Assembly: GCA_040266715.1 (NCBI GenBank)
Contig: JAPKNN010000011.1
Location: 2,295 to 66,294, forward strand
Length of the DNA: 64,000 nucleotides
Direction: 5' to 3'
Source: Paracoccaceae bacterium
GTDB taxonomy: Bacteria > Pseudomonadota > Alphaproteobacteria > JAPKNN01
Position numbers and translations under genes: made by a program. Numbering within the stretch: position 1 is the first letter of the stretch; each line of letters begins with the position of its first letter. The notes below the pieces were generated by a model. The model was not told the DNA's origin. It saw nothing but the letters and a program-made list of their open reading frames with translations, and did not search any database. Below are positions 51,542-62,791 of the stretch, one piece after another.

Positions 51542-52468
51542 TTAGTTTTTTTCTGCAACATCAGTAAGGCGTTTAAAAACTTCAGATAAACGGGGTTGGG
51601 AAACCTCAATGTTACGCATCTGAATTCCTTGTTTGTGGATTTGTGTAAGAATTTCAAACGGGGTATATTGATTGCGTGAAAAAGTTTTTACCAAGCGACC
51701 ATCTGATAGAATTTCCATATCTAGTATTGTAAGACGCTCATCGTCTTTGGTTATCTCTGTAACGGGTTCAATGTAGATGCTCCCTTCATCAAGCCTTTTC
51801 ATAAGGGAACTTTTTCTTTCGCTAGCAATACAATGACCCTCGTTTATTATGGTTATGTTATCACATAATTTTTCTGCTTCTTCTAGGTAATGTGTCGTTA
51901 AAATGATTGTCGTTCCTAATTCTTTGTTAAGTTTAACAATATGCTCCCAAAGATATTCGCGTAAAGAAATATCAACACCGGCAGTCGGTTCGTCAAGAAC
52001 AAGTATAGGAGGTCGGTGCACCATAGCCTTGGCAATAAGCAATCTGCGCCGCATACCGCCAGATAAACTGCGAGAGTAAGCATGAGCTTTATCAGTCAAT
52101 TTCAATTGTTCAAGCAGCTCTTTGATCGTGTCCTCTGCATCTCTCACGCCATAAAGTCCTGCCTGCAGGCGTAACGCCTCTATGGGTGAAAAGAAAGGGT
52201 CAATTGCTATTTCCTGCGGAACAATGCCCAAAGAACGACGTACTTCTCTAACATCCGTATCAATATCAAATCCATTGACGATAATGGATCCGCTTGTTTT
52301 TATAACACTTCCAGCGAGTATATTAATAAAGGTAGATTTACCAGCACCATTAGGGCCTAATAAACCCAAAATGGATCCATGCTCAATTTGAATGGTTGTA
52401 TCTGAAAGGGCTGTTTTTCCGTTTCGATACACTTTGCTCACATGTTGTGCATTTATAGCGTATGTCAT
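51542..52468 (-). CDS. ABC transporter ATP-binding protein (ABC-2/CcmA-type, about 310 aa with C-terminal extension)
   Basis: Walker A GPNGAGKSTFI, signature LSGGMRRRLLIAKA, Walker B LVLDEPTAG. No permease gene adjacent on either side. Confidence 0.8.
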   Translation of the reverse strand: MTYAINAQHVSKVYRNGKTALSDTTIQIEHGSILGLLGPNGAGKSTFINILAGSVIKTSGSIIVNGFDIDTDVREVRRSLGIVPQEIAIDPFFSPIEALRLQAGLYGVRDAEDTIKELLEQLKLTDKAHAYSRSLSGGMRRRLLIAKAMVHRPPILVLDEPTAGVDISLREYLWEHIVKLNKELGTTIILTTHYLEEAEKLCDNITIINEGHCIASERKSSLMKRLDEGSIYIEPVTEITKDDERLTILDMEILSDGRLVKTFSRNQYTPFEILTQIHKQGIQMRNIEVSQPRLSEVFKRLTDVAEKN

Positions 52469-52627
52469 AGCGAAGCTGTAGATTTTTAAATTTTGGGATT
52501 ATCTATTGGGATTGCGTAGAGCAAAATATTTATTTGTTTTATTATATAACAAAGGCTATTATATTAGCAAGGTAAATTCACATAAAAAATACTATTTGTT
52601 AGTCACACTATATGTTAGTCATACTAT

Positions 52628-55582
52628 ATGAAGGATAACTTATTTACAGCGCAGGATCGCTTATTTGTTTTAGATGGGTATGGATATGTTTTTCGCGCTT
52701 ATTATGCTTTACCACCTTTAAAACGCAGATCAGATGATATGTCTATAGGGGCTGTCGCGGGCTTTTGTAATATGGTGTTTCGTCTTTTATTAGACGAAGC
52801 ACAAAGTCAATCATTTGCTAAAATGGGGCGCTATAATCTTGGCTGTGTAGCGCTTGATACTGCTGCACCTACATTTCGTCAAGACATGTATCCTGCTTAC
52901 AAAGCCAATAGAAAAGAAGCGCCTGAAGATTTAAAATTACAATTACCTCTGATTCGTGAGGCGATTACTGCTTTTGGTTTACATGCTATTGAATATCAGG
53001 GCTATGAAGCCGATGATATTATGGCGAGTTTGGCAAAGCAAGCACATAAAGCTTCCATGCCACTTATGTTGCTCTCTTCCGATAAAGATTTAATGCAACT
53101 TATTGGTGGCTGCGTGAATATGTATGACCCTGTTAAAGCCCTATCCATTACAGAAGAAGAAGTATATAAAAAATTTGGGGTACCGCCCGAAAAGGTTATT
53201 GATGTGCAGGCACTCATTGGTGATAGTTCTGATAATATACCTGGCGTACCTGGTATTGGAATTAAAACAGCGGCCTCATTGATCCAGAAATATGGCAGCC
53301 TTCATGATCTTTTGCATAAGACGCATACTATTGAACAAGATAAAAGGCGTGCTTTGTTGGAACAATATAAAGATCAAGCTCTGCTCAGTCAGAAATTGGC
53401 GACTCTATACACTGACCTGTCTTTTGATATTGATAAAACACAATTGGAAATTAAGAGGCCAGATATGGACAATTTGGCCGAATTTTTTAAACGCATGGAG
53501 TTCAATACGCTTACCAAACGTGCACAAAAAATCTATGGGGATGATTTTAGCTCTGCATATGCAAAAGTCAGTGAACAAAAAGTAATCTATACACCTTCAG
53601 CACCTGTTGATACTACACAAGAAACGGCTAACAATAATGCATTGGAGCGAACGCCGTTAAAGCATTATCAATCGGTGTTGCGAGATATGCAGACAATCGC
53701 GTTCAACCGTGAGGCGTATCAATGTATCACAAAGAAACAAGATTTTCAGGACATGCTTCAATGCGTGAAACAACAAGATATTGTTGCATTAGATACAGAA
53801 ACAACAGGGCTTAATTCTTTGCAGGATGAGCTTGTTGGTATATCGCTCGCCTGGAAACCTGGCGAAGCCTGTTATATTCCTTTGCGTCATTGTAAAACAC
53901 ATGCTGAAAGTAAAGAATCGAAACAAGCCTCACTGTATCAGCAGCAAGAGGATATGTATTTAGAAGATCAGCTTGATATAAATTATGTTATTGAAGCGCT
54001 TAAGGAGGTTTTTCTTACACAGCATATGATTGTGGTTGGACACAATATTAAATTTGATCAACAGGTTTTACAGCGTTATGGCCTCAATCTCACCTATGTC
54101 CATGATACGATGCTGATGTCGTATGCCCTACATGCGGGTAAACATGCACATAATATGGATTATTTATCGCAAACATATTTACTTCACACGCCTATGCATT
54201 TTGTTGATATTGTGGGATCGGGCAAAAATAAGAAAATTTTTTCTCACATTGATTTAGTTACAGCAACACAATATGCAGCAGAGGATGCCGATATTACCTT
54301 ACGTTTGTATCATTGCTTACAAACCAAACTTGTCGCTGAAAGTAAATATGAAGTCTATATGACATTAGAGCGTCCACTTATAGAGGTTCTTGTTATGTGC
54401 GAAAGTGCAGGCGTAATGGTTGATCTCACATTTTTGCGAACATTATCGCTGGATTTCCATAAAAAATTGCAGGCTCAGGAAGATAAAGTTTATGCTTTAG
54501 CTGGAGAAAGATTCAATATTGCCTCGCCCAAGCAACTCGGTTATATTCTGTTTGATAAGCTGGGATTGTCTAGTGATAAAAAGACACGATCGGGTAACGC
54601 CGCAACAGGTGCAGCTATATTGGAGAGATTATCTGTTGAAGGTCATGGGATCGCAAAAGAAATTTTACAGTGGCGGCATTATGCCAAGCTTATTAGTACA
54701 TATACCGATGCATTGCCATCGCATGTTAATCCCACGACAAAAAGAGTGCATACAAGTTATTCATTAGCTGCGACAATAACAGGCCGCTTAGCCTCTACCC
54801 AACCGAATTTGCAGAATATTCCTATTAGAACAGAGGAAGGGCGGGCTATTCGTAACGCATTTATTGCACCACCTGGCTATGTGTTAATAGGGGCTGATTA
54901 TAGTCAAATAGAGCTGCGTTTGTTCGCTCATATAGCCAAAATAGATAGTTTAGTTAAGGCCTTTCATAATGGACAAGATATCCATGCAATGACAGCAAGT
55001 GAATTGTTTAATCAGCCAATTGAGAATATGGATCCGATGATACGCCGAAGAGCTAAGGCGATTAATTTTGGTATTATATATGGTATTTCAGCCTTTGGTT
55101 TGGCAGCACAACTTAATATTTCACAAAAAGAAGCAAGAGATTATCTTAACATATATTTTGAACGCTTTTCTGGCATTAAACAATATATGGATGATACCAT
55201 AAGAATGGCTCAGGAAAATGGCTATGTTGAAACGATTTTTGGTAGGCGATGCTATTATGTATTAATGCAATCAGGTAGTGCTGCACAGCAATCGCTATAC
55301 AAAAGGGCCGCTATCAATGCACCTATACAGGGAAGTGCTGCAGATATTATTCGACGTGCTATGATTCGCTTGCATTGTGCTATTGCACAACAAGATATTG
55401 AGTTGCGTTTGTTACTTCAAGTGCATGATGAATTACTTTTTGAGGTGAGGGAAGATCAAGCCGAGAAAGCATCTGCACTTATTAAAACGGTTATGGAGGA
55501 GGCTCATCTTCCACGTGTTATACTAGAAGTACCTTTGGTTGTTGATGTTAATCAAGGTCAGAATTGGGGTGAAGTGCATTAG
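52628..55582 (+). CDS. polA: DNA polymerase I
   Basis: 5'-3' exonuclease N-terminus, 3'-5' exo domain, and family A polymerase motifs (RRRAKAINFGIIYG, QVHDELLFE). Confidence 0.95.
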   Translation: MKDNLFTAQDRLFVLDGYGYVFRAYYALPPLKRRSDDMSIGAVAGFCNMVFRLLLDEAQSQSFAKMGRYNLGCVALDTAAPTFRQDMYPAYKANRKEAPEDLKLQLPLIREAITAFGLHAIEYQGYEADDIMASLAKQAHKASMPLMLLSSDKDLMQLIGGCVNMYDPVKALSITEEEVYKKFGVPPEKVIDVQALIGDSSDNIPGVPGIGIKTAASLIQKYGSLHDLLHKTHTIEQDKRRALLEQYKDQALLSQKLATLYTDLSFDIDKTQLEIKRPDMDNLAEFFKRMEFNTLTKRAQKIYGDDFSSAYAKVSEQKVIYTPSAPVDTTQETANNNALERTPLKHYQSVLRDMQTIAFNREAYQCITKKQDFQDMLQCVKQQDIVALDTETTGLNSLQDELVGISLAWKPGEACYIPLRHCKTHAESKESKQASLYQQQEDMYLEDQLDINYVIEALKEVFLTQHMIVVGHNIKFDQQVLQRYGLNLTYVHDTMLMSYALHAGKHAHNMDYLSQTYLLHTPMHFVDIVGSGKNKKIFSHIDLVTATQYAAEDADITLRLYHCLQTKLVAESKYEVYMTLERPLIEVLVMCESAGVMVDLTFLRTLSLDFHKKLQAQEDKVYALAGERFNIASPKQLGYILFDKLGLSSDKKTRSGNAATGAAILERLSVEGHGIAKEILQWRHYAKLISTYTDALPSHVNPTTKRVHTSYSLAATITGRLASTQPNLQNIPIRTEEGRAIRNAFIAPPGYVLIGADYSQIELRLFAHIAKIDSLVKAFHNGQDIHAMTASELFNQPIENMDPMIRRRAKAINFGIIYGISAFGLAAQLNISQKEARDYLNIYFERFSGIKQYMDDTIRMAQENGYVETIFGRRCYYVLMQSGSAAQQSLYKRAAINAPIQGSAADIIRRAMIRLHCAIAQQDIELRLLLQVHDELLFEVREDQAEKASALIKTVMEEAHLPRVILEVPLVVDVNQGQNWGEVH

Positions 55583-55634
55583 AGAATTTTTTATACTGTC
55601 AACGTGCCTGTGTAGGCTTATGGAAAGTGTAGAG

Positions 55635-56375
55635 TTATAAAAAGTGGTTTTTGATAGCTGGGTTGCCAGTGATAATATGTTTGACATTAAGTGTGTGCAT
55701 GCGTTCATTGTCATGAGCGGTATCAATCGTATACACAATCAAGGGCAAATTTTTGTGTGCAATCTGTTCGCGTCGTTCAGCTGTCAAAATTTCGTGATTC
55801 ACAATAAAAGCAAAACATTCATGGGCTTTAATAATGTCATACCAATCATCGCGCCATTCATGAAGAAGAAATCCGCGTTGCAGTTCAGGCCATAAACGGT
55901 GGGCTTCTTCTATGCAAGGTATTTCAAAAGAACTCACAAAACTATTATGAGCAGCGTTTGGAAACATCTGTTGAAAATATCTTAATATGATATGTGTTGC
56001 CTCTTTATTTTCTCTATCGGTTGCATTTTCGTGTACGCCTTTGATTTCCAGATCAAACATCATACCATAATGCAGTAAGCGTTCCATATATTGCTGTAAA
56101 GTAGGCAGCGGAGTTTTACTCTTTAATTCAGGTGGTAATTGTTCAATAATATCATTATAACGCCAATCAGATATTTTTCCACAAAGCCCCAAAGTGCGTT
56201 TAAGTGTCTCATCATGGAGCATAACGGGTATGTGATCATAGGTGAGTTGAACATCGCTTTCAACGCATGTAAATCCATTATAATAAGCCGCATCTAAGGC
56301 TTCAAGTGAGTTTTCTATAACACCCTCTGTCAGGCCACGATGACCAATATAAGTGGGAAGAAATAAATGCGACAT
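55635..56375 (-). CDS. Glycerophosphodiester phosphodiesterase family protein
   Basis: GDPD motifs IGHRG and ESDVQLTYDHIPVMLHD. Confidence 0.75.
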   Translation of the reverse strand: MSHLFLPTYIGHRGLTEGVIENSLEALDAAYYNGFTCVESDVQLTYDHIPVMLHDETLKRTLGLCGKISDWRYNDIIEQLPPELKSKTPLPTLQQYMERLLHYGMMFDLEIKGVHENATDRENKEATHIILRYFQQMFPNAAHNSFVSSFEIPCIEEAHRLWPELQRGFLLHEWRDDWYDIIKAHECFAFIVNHEILTAERREQIAHKNLPLIVYTIDTAHDNERMHTLNVKHIITGNPAIKNHFL

Positions 56376-56399
56376 AAGCTTTTACACAAGGCTTTAATG

Positions 56400-57794
56400 T
56401 TAAATACCATTATGTTTTGTAGATAATGTTGAAAAAGTGAGGCATACAGAGGTACCTGCTGTCTTGGTACTTTTAATCGTCATTTCACCATTATGTTTAT
56501 TGACGATATGCTTAACAATAGCAAGCCCTAGCCCCGTACCTGTAATATTTTTCATGTCTTTTGCCGCCTGTGTACGAAAAAAACGTTCGGTAATTTTGGG
56601 TATATCATATGTATCAATGCCTTCTCCATAATCGGTAAAAGTAATGGTTATTGTTGTATCACTGCTGGAATCCACAGCAATGATTATTTTATTATCTGTA
56701 TTATTTGGATTTGCCCCATATTTAAGTGCGTTATCCAATATATTGATATAAATTTGTGAAATTTCATCGGTAACACCCATAATCATTATAGGATTTGAGG
56801 TAAACTCTTTAACGATGGTAAACTGTTTTTGATTTGCAAGGGGTAAAAACATATCAATCGTTTTTTCTAGTAAACTGATGATATCAATTTGATGGCAGGG
56901 TGCAATATGTTCGGCTAATTCTATGCGGCTTAAAACGAGTAAGTCTTGAATAAGATTTTCCATGCGTTTAGATTGGGCTAAACTGACTTCAATAAAATGT
57001 TTTTGTTCTGATGGGTTTAGCTTTATATTGCCTATAAGTGTTTCGAGATTACCTTTAATGATTGTAAGCGGTGTACGTAATTCATGGCTAGCATTGGCCA
57101 CAAATTCACTACGGCTGCGCTGGATCATTTTTTCTTTTGTTAACTCCGAAAAATAGACAATGGAGATGTCTTTCCCGTTTTTACCCGACAATTTTACAGG
57201 AATTACGTTAAAGTTAAAATGGCGTTCTGTAGGATACATCTCATAGAAACGACCTTGCTGTGGCTGTTCAAAAGAACGGGCCTGACGAATAGCTTCAATA
57301 ATGTCAGGATTGCGAATAAATTGATAGATAGCTTTTCCGTGTGTTTTTTCTGTGACATGTATGGTATCGGTATGATTATTCTGCCACATAAAATGGAGGA
57401 GATTATGGGCTTCTTTATTAGCATGTAATATGATATCTTTCTGGTTGAGTATAAAAATAGGCATCGGTATAGATGCTATCAAAGGAATGAGAGTAGACAG
57501 ATGGGAATTATAATCAGATTGTGTGCGATCTTTATTGACGGGCGCGTTGTAGAGTAAAATATGGCGATGGATATACAAAAAAAGATAACTCACACACATC
57601 GTTGACACGATAACACTTAAACCCGTACGCACTGATATAATATCTAGCATTATAAGTAGGAGATTAGAAAAAAAAATGGCACAAAAACTATAATAGATAG
57701 GCATGAGAGTAAATATGTGTATAATGTGTGTACAGATCTTTTTGATTTTATACCCCCCGCTAATGTAAGAGATTCGATGGGTAGTTGTTATCAT
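56400..57794 (-). CDS. Membrane-anchored PAS-domain sensor histidine kinase (orphan; no adjacent response regulator)
   Basis: Two N-terminal TM helices. H-box ASHELRTPLT. HATPase_c N/G1/G2 boxes (NALKYG..., DYGEGI, GTGLGLAI). The real start is probably an internal Met (about 57704). Confidence 0.8.
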   Translation of the reverse strand: MITTTHRISYISGGYKIKKICTHIIHIFTLMPIYYSFCAIFFSNLLLIMLDIISVRTGLSVIVSTMCVSYLFLYIHRHILLYNAPVNKDRTQSDYNSHLSTLIPLIASIPMPIFILNQKDIILHANKEAHNLLHFMWQNNHTDTIHVTEKTHGKAIYQFIRNPDIIEAIRQARSFEQPQQGRFYEMYPTERHFNFNVIPVKLSGKNGKDISIVYFSELTKEKMIQRSRSEFVANASHELRTPLTIIKGNLETLIGNIKLNPSEQKHFIEVSLAQSKRMENLIQDLLVLSRIELAEHIAPCHQIDIISLLEKTIDMFLPLANQKQFTIVKEFTSNPIMIMGVTDEISQIYINILDNALKYGANPNNTDNKIIIAVDSSSDTTITITFTDYGEGIDTYDIPKITERFFRTQAAKDMKNITGTGLGLAIVKHIVNKHNGEMTIKSTKTAGTSVCLTFSTLSTKHNGI

Positions 57795-57816
57795 ATACGA
57801 ATCAGGTCAAAAAACG

Positions 57817-58470
57817 ATGAGGAGCGATATATCAGTAATACGGCATAATATGGTAGATTGTTTAAAGTTACAAGAAGAAAAGAAACAGCTGCGAAAAAGT
57901 ATGTTTCACATACGCAAACAGGCTTTTAAGGCCGAAAAGAATGCTAATTTACGGTTGAGTGAAGTGTATAATTTATTGCGTGTATCTCTCTCTCAGGCAG
58001 GTTTTTTAAAATCTGGAACAACAAGTGTAATTGCAGGATACTACCCCATTTATACCGAAATTGATTGTCAGTTATTGTTACAATCATTTGAGAAAGAGAA
58101 TCATACGGTATGTTTGCCTGTTATTCAGGAGCAGGGGCAAGGGCTCGTTTTTAAAGAATATATTACAGGCCAACCTTTAGTCAAGGGAGCTTATGACATT
58201 CCACAGCCACATGATAATTGTTCTATTTTAGAACCAGATATTGTGCTTGTTCCTTTATTGGCGTTTGATGCTAATGGATATCGTCTGGGTTATGGGGGAG
58301 GATTTTACGACAGAACCCTACAGATTTTAAGGGCAAAGAAAAAAATTGCAGCGATAGGGCTGGCATTTTCACAGCAATATGTTGAAACTATTCCTTTGGG
58401 TAGGTATGATGTGGCTTTGGATGCCGTTTTAACACCTCAAAAATTGCATAACTATAGTTTTATATTATAG
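57817..58470 (+). CDS. 5-formyltetrahydrofolate cyclo-ligase
   Basis: Conserved VLVPLLAFD...GYRLGYGGGFYDR motif of MTHFS/YgfA. Confidence 0.8.
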   Translation: MRSDISVIRHNMVDCLKLQEEKKQLRKSMFHIRKQAFKAEKNANLRLSEVYNLLRVSLSQAGFLKSGTTSVIAGYYPIYTEIDCQLLLQSFEKENHTVCLPVIQEQGQGLVFKEYITGQPLVKGAYDIPQPHDNCSILEPDIVLVPLLAFDANGYRLGYGGGFYDRTLQILRAKKKIAAIGLAFSQQYVETIPLGRYDVALDAVLTPQKLHNYSFIL

Positions 58471-58515
58471 ATATGCTTACATACATAAACAAATAGAGAG
58501 ATAGTTAAGAAATAT

Positions 58516-59325
58516 ATGAAATTTCTATTCATTGGCGATATCGTCGGAAAAGCAGGAAGAAAGAGTGTTGAAAAACATGTAAGACAAATCAAAATGGAAT
58601 TATCCCTTGATTGTGTTATTGCAAATGCAGAAAATGCAAGTGCTGGCTTTGGACTTGGTTATAATGCATATAAGGAATTAAGAGAGTCACAAATTGATTA
58701 CATGACTTTGGGTAATCATAGCTGGGATCAGAGGGATATCTTCGATTGGATTGAAAATGAGATACATGTTATTCGTCCTGCCAATTATCCTGCTGGTACT
58801 CCTGGAGTTGGTTATCGTATCTATACGACTATGCAAGAACAAAAAATTATGATTATTAATGTTTTAGGAGTTGTGTTTATGCAATCACTTGATTGTCCTT
58901 TTAGATGTGTTGATAACATCCTGAAAAAATATGAATTAGGGCGTAATGTTGATGCAATTGTTGTTGATATGCATGCAGAGGCAACTGCAGAAAAAATGGC
59001 TATGGGACATTTTCTTGATGGGCGCGTGAGTCTTGTTGTGGGTACGCATACCCATGTACCAACAGCGGATCAGCGTATTTTTCAAGGAGGAACTGCCTAT
59101 ATGACAGATGTCGGTATGACAGGTGATTATGACTCCGTTATTGGTATGGATAAAAAGGAACCCATTAAACGTGCCGTAAATAAAATATCACGAGAACGAT
59201 TGAGTGCCGCACAAGCAGAAGCAACACTATGTGCTGTGTTTGTCGAGACGGATGAAACAACAGGTTTAGCAAAAAAAATATCTCCACTGAGAAGAGGCGG
59301 ATGCTTGCAACACAATGATATATAA
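58516..59325 (+). CDS. YmdB-family metallophosphoesterase (TIGR00282)
   Basis: MKFLFIGDIVGKAGRK N-terminus. GNH and GTHTHV metallophosphatase motifs. Confidence 0.8.
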   Translation: MKFLFIGDIVGKAGRKSVEKHVRQIKMELSLDCVIANAENASAGFGLGYNAYKELRESQIDYMTLGNHSWDQRDIFDWIENEIHVIRPANYPAGTPGVGYRIYTTMQEQKIMIINVLGVVFMQSLDCPFRCVDNILKKYELGRNVDAIVVDMHAEATAEKMAMGHFLDGRVSLVVGTHTHVPTADQRIFQGGTAYMTDVGMTGDYDSVIGMDKKEPIKRAVNKISRERLSAAQAEATLCAVFVETDETTGLAKKISPLRRGGCLQHNDI

Positions 59326-59348
59326 CACATAAAATATAGAGAGAATAT

Positions 59349-60098
59349 ATGGCAGGTCATTCAAAATTTAAAAATATCCAGTTTCGTAAAGGGGCGCAGG
59401 ATAAAAAAAGAGCCCGTATTTTTGCACGTCTTGGAAGAGAAATTACGGTGGCAGCAAAATTAGGGGGAACAGAACCCGAGAATAATCCAAGACTTCGTTT
59501 GGCTATTCAAAATGCACGTGGACAGAATATGCCTAAAGAAAATATTGAAAGGGCAATCAAAAAAGGGCTTGATACAAAAGGAAGTGATTTTTTTGAAATG
59601 CGTTATGAAGGTTTTGGACCCGATGGAGTGGCTATCATTGTGGAGGCTCTAACAAATAATACAAATAGAACGGCTAGCGATATTAGGGCTGCTTTTTCTA
59701 AATATAATGGAGCTTTGGGAGAAACGGGTAGTGCTTCTTTTGTGTTTTCTCATGTGGGACTTGTGCAATATGAGAAAACAGTAGCAGATTTTGAAACATT
59801 CTTTGATGTGGCTGTAGAAAACGGAGCAGATGATATACAAGTAGAAGATGAGCAATATAACATTATATGTCCTATGGATAAGCTGAATGTGGTGGCGGGT
59901 AATATTCAAAAAACATACGGCCAAGCACAGAGTGTTAATCTTGTATGGATACCTCATAATACAGTTGAGGTACAAGGTGATAATGTAGAAAAACTTATTA
60001 AGCTTATTGAAACACTTGAAGAACATGATGATGTTCAAAAAGTATTTGCAAATTACGACATTGATGAAAAATTTTTGGATGATTTAAATACTGGATAA
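59349..60098 (+). CDS. yebC: YebC/PmpR-family DNA-binding transcriptional regulator
   Basis: MAGHSKFKNIQFRKG N-terminus, diagnostic of YebC. Located upstream of ruvC. Confidence 0.95.
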   Translation: MAGHSKFKNIQFRKGAQDKKRARIFARLGREITVAAKLGGTEPENNPRLRLAIQNARGQNMPKENIERAIKKGLDTKGSDFFEMRYEGFGPDGVAIIVEALTNNTNRTASDIRAAFSKYNGALGETGSASFVFSHVGLVQYEKTVADFETFFDVAVENGADDIQVEDEQYNIICPMDKLNVVAGNIQKTYGQAQSVNLVWIPHNTVEVQGDNVEKLIKLIETLEEHDDVQKVFANYDIDEKFLDDLNTG

Positions 60099-60228
60099 GG
60101 CCATTATCTAATATAGAAAATACACCATCATTAATGTGATGATGTTTATGTGTGGGTATATTGTAATGTGTATCTATGCTTGCAGTGTATTAAAAATGTT
60201 AGGTTGAAAAACTATTAAGGCAAGCACT

Positions 60229-60732
60229 ATGATAAAGATATTAGGCATTGATCCTGGCATGAACAAGTTTGGATACGGAGTTATCATGTTACAAGGTTCA
60301 CGGATTATTCATCTTGAGAATGCTGTTGTGCGTATACCAAATGACATCCAACGAGCAAAAAAACTTGCTTATATTTATAAGGAATTGGAAAAAGTATATG
60401 AACGCCTATCACCAGACGAAGTAGCGATAGAGGAGGTATTTGTTAATAGTAATTCGGCTACAAGCCTGCATTTGGGAGAGGCAAGAGGAATTGCCTTAAT
60501 GATGCCAGCCTTAAAAGGAATACATGTTTCAGAATATACACCCAACTTTATTAAAAAAAATTTGTGTGGAAATGGGCATGCCTCAAAAGAACAAGTGTTA
60601 TTTATGGTGAATCGTCTTTTACCTTTGGCTAGACCACAGGGTGAAGATGCATCGGATGCCTTAGCCGTAGCTTTGGTACATGCACAAATGCGCACTTCAA
60701 AAACATATCAATTATATAAGCAACACTCTTAA
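60229..60732 (+). CDS. ruvC: Crossover junction endodeoxyribonuclease RuvC
   Basis: ILGIDPG N-terminus with catalytic Asp. Conserved ruvC-ruvA-ruvB order. Confidence 0.9.
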   Translation: MIKILGIDPGMNKFGYGVIMLQGSRIIHLENAVVRIPNDIQRAKKLAYIYKELEKVYERLSPDEVAIEEVFVNSNSATSLHLGEARGIALMMPALKGIHVSEYTPNFIKKNLCGNGHASKEQVLFMVNRLLPLARPQGEDASDALAVALVHAQMRTSKTYQLYKQHS

Positions 60733-60746
60733 AATATTAAAACATT

Positions 60747-61388
60747 ATGTATGCATGTATTACAGGAAAAGTATTAGAAAAACAAAATACGTATGTTGTT
60801 ATAGAAACAGCTGGTATTGGATATATGATTGCTTGTTCACACCTTACTCAAGATAAATTATATGTTGCCCAAGAGCAGGCAATGCTCTTTTTAGAGCCTT
60901 GGGTAAGAGAACATGAAATACGCTTATACGGTTTTGCAACGCAACGCGAACGCGATTGGTTTCGTCTGCTTATTTCAACACAAGGCGTAGGGGCAAAGCA
61001 TGCGATGTCTTTATTATCAATTTTTGAACCGCAAGATTTATTTCAATTAATTATTGAGAAGAATGATGCCTTACTTACCCAGGCAGACGGTGTGGGGCCT
61101 AAATTAGCTAAGCGTATCATAGTAGAGCTTTTTGAAAAGGTTAGTAAAATGGAAGAATACGCATTAAGCGATGCATCAAATACACAGGCACCTCGTGTGC
61201 AAACAACCACCTATACGCAAGTACAACAACAGGCACAGCGCAGGCAAGAATTACAAGACGCTTTAAAATCACTGGGATATGATGTTGCGATATCAAAAAA
61301 AATCGCTAGTGAAACAATGCAGGCTTTAGGAGGGGATGTAGATATCCAAGAATTAATCAAATATGCATTAAAGGAAATATCGCGATGA
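60747..61388 (+). CDS. ruvA: Holliday junction branch migration protein RuvA
   Basis: OB-fold N-terminus. HhH motifs [13 protein letters not shown]-terminal domain III. Confidence 0.9.
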   Translation: MYACITGKVLEKQNTYVVIETAGIGYMIACSHLTQDKLYVAQEQAMLFLEPWVREHEIRLYGFATQRERDWFRLLISTQGVGAKHAMSLLSIFEPQDLFQLIIEKNDALLTQADGVGPKLAKRIIVELFEKVSKMEEYALSDASNTQAPRVQTTTYTQVQQQAQRRQELQDALKSLGYDVAISKKIASETMQALGGDVDIQELIKYALKEISR

Positions 61389-62392
61389 AGGAAAGAGAAA
61401 TATCATCGGCATTACTGCCTCACGATATACAGGATTTCGCGTTGCGGCCACAAAGCTTAAGTGATTTTACAGGGCAAAAAGAGATTTGCTCGAATTTGAC
61501 TATTTTTATTGAATCGGCAAAGGCACGTTCTGAAGTGCTTGACCATGTATTACTTGCAGGTCCTCCAGGTTTAGGTAAAACAACGCTTGCCCAAATTATC
61601 GCAAGGGAGTTAGGGGTTAATTTTAAAACATCATCGGGGCCTGTCTTGAATAAGACAGGAGATTTAGCGGCGTTGTTGACAAATTTAGAGGCTAATGATG
61701 TCCTGTTTATTGATGAAATACATCGTATCAATAAAAATGTTGAAGAGGTTCTATACTCGGCAATGGAGGATTATTTTATTGATATTATTATCGGGGAAGG
61801 ACCAGGAGCACGCAGCGTAAGGTTGGATATTGCACCCTTTACTTTGATAGGTGCAACAACACGTACAGGATTACTTACAAATCCGTTGCGCGATAGATTT
61901 GGTATTCCATTGCGATTAAATTTTTACACTCATGATGAACTGAAATTAATCATAGCACGTGCAAGTAGTCTATTAAAAGTGTCTATTACCCCCGATGGGA
62001 TAGATAGCATTTCTGCATGTGCAAGAGGAACACCACGTGTGGCAGGGAGATTGTTACGAAGAGTCAGAGATTTTGCAATTATTGAGAATGAGAATGTTAT
62101 TAATAAGGAGCTAGCAGTACGTTCGTTAAGTGCGTTAGGTGTTGAAAAATATGGCCTTGATGAGCTTGATAGGAGATATCTCAATATTATTGCTAAAAAT
62201 TTTCAAGGAGGACCAGTGGGTGTCGAAACGCTTTCGGCAGCCCTCAATGAAGCCCGTGATGCTATTGAAGAAGTTATCGAACCCTACCTTATCAAATTAG
62301 GTTTTGTTAACCGTAGTACAAGAGGTAGAATTTTGACGCAAGAAGCTTTTGCATATTTGGGAATCACGTTGGAAGATGAGACACAAGGTTAA
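61385..62392 (+). CDS. ruvB: Holliday junction branch migration ATPase RuvB
   Basis: Walker [12 protein letters not shown], Walker B LFIDEIHR, sensor 2. Start overlaps the ruvA stop. Confidence 0.95.
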   Translation: MKEREISSALLPHDIQDFALRPQSLSDFTGQKEICSNLTIFIESAKARSEVLDHVLLAGPPGLGKTTLAQIIARELGVNFKTSSGPVLNKTGDLAALLTNLEANDVLFIDEIHRINKNVEEVLYSAMEDYFIDIIIGEGPGARSVRLDIAPFTLIGATTRTGLLTNPLRDRFGIPLRLNFYTHDELKLIIARASSLLKVSITPDGIDSISACARGTPRVAGRLLRRVRDFAIIENENVINKELAVRSLSALGVEKYGLDELDRRYLNIIAKNFQGGPVGVETLSAALNEARDAIEEVIEPYLIKLGFVNRSTRGRILTQEAFAYLGITLEDETQG

Positions 62393-62791
62393 CAAAAAAA
62401 CTACTCCATCACAATTTTATAGTGATTTCTTTTAGAATAGAAACGAAAATAAAGTTATTGTTAACCATATATTTTTATTATTTACCTACATGGAAACTGG
62501 CAGTTTGACAGTATAAGAAATGTAAACTGATCATGTGTGTTCTTAGCTAAAAAACATTTCAATTTGTTTATTTAATATACACATTATTTGAAATGTTTCG
62601 GCTGTATAATTCTCGTATAGTTTAATTGTTGTGTGTGGTAAAGTTCGTTGTATTCTAAGCATTTAAAACAGATTTCAAAGCAATCGATTGCCCGTTGTAA
62701 AGAACGTAATGACGTAAGTTATAATAAAACTTACGTTGGCGCCTATTCCTTTGCTCTTTTCACAAGAAGAAAGAATTTTCTTTTACCTCAT

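Noticed and set aside
57600-57830. 6S RNA upstream of 5-FCL
   Set aside because: The spacer is probably too short once the realistic kinase start is used, and no 6S hallmark could be recognized by eye. It is kept only as a low-interest check.
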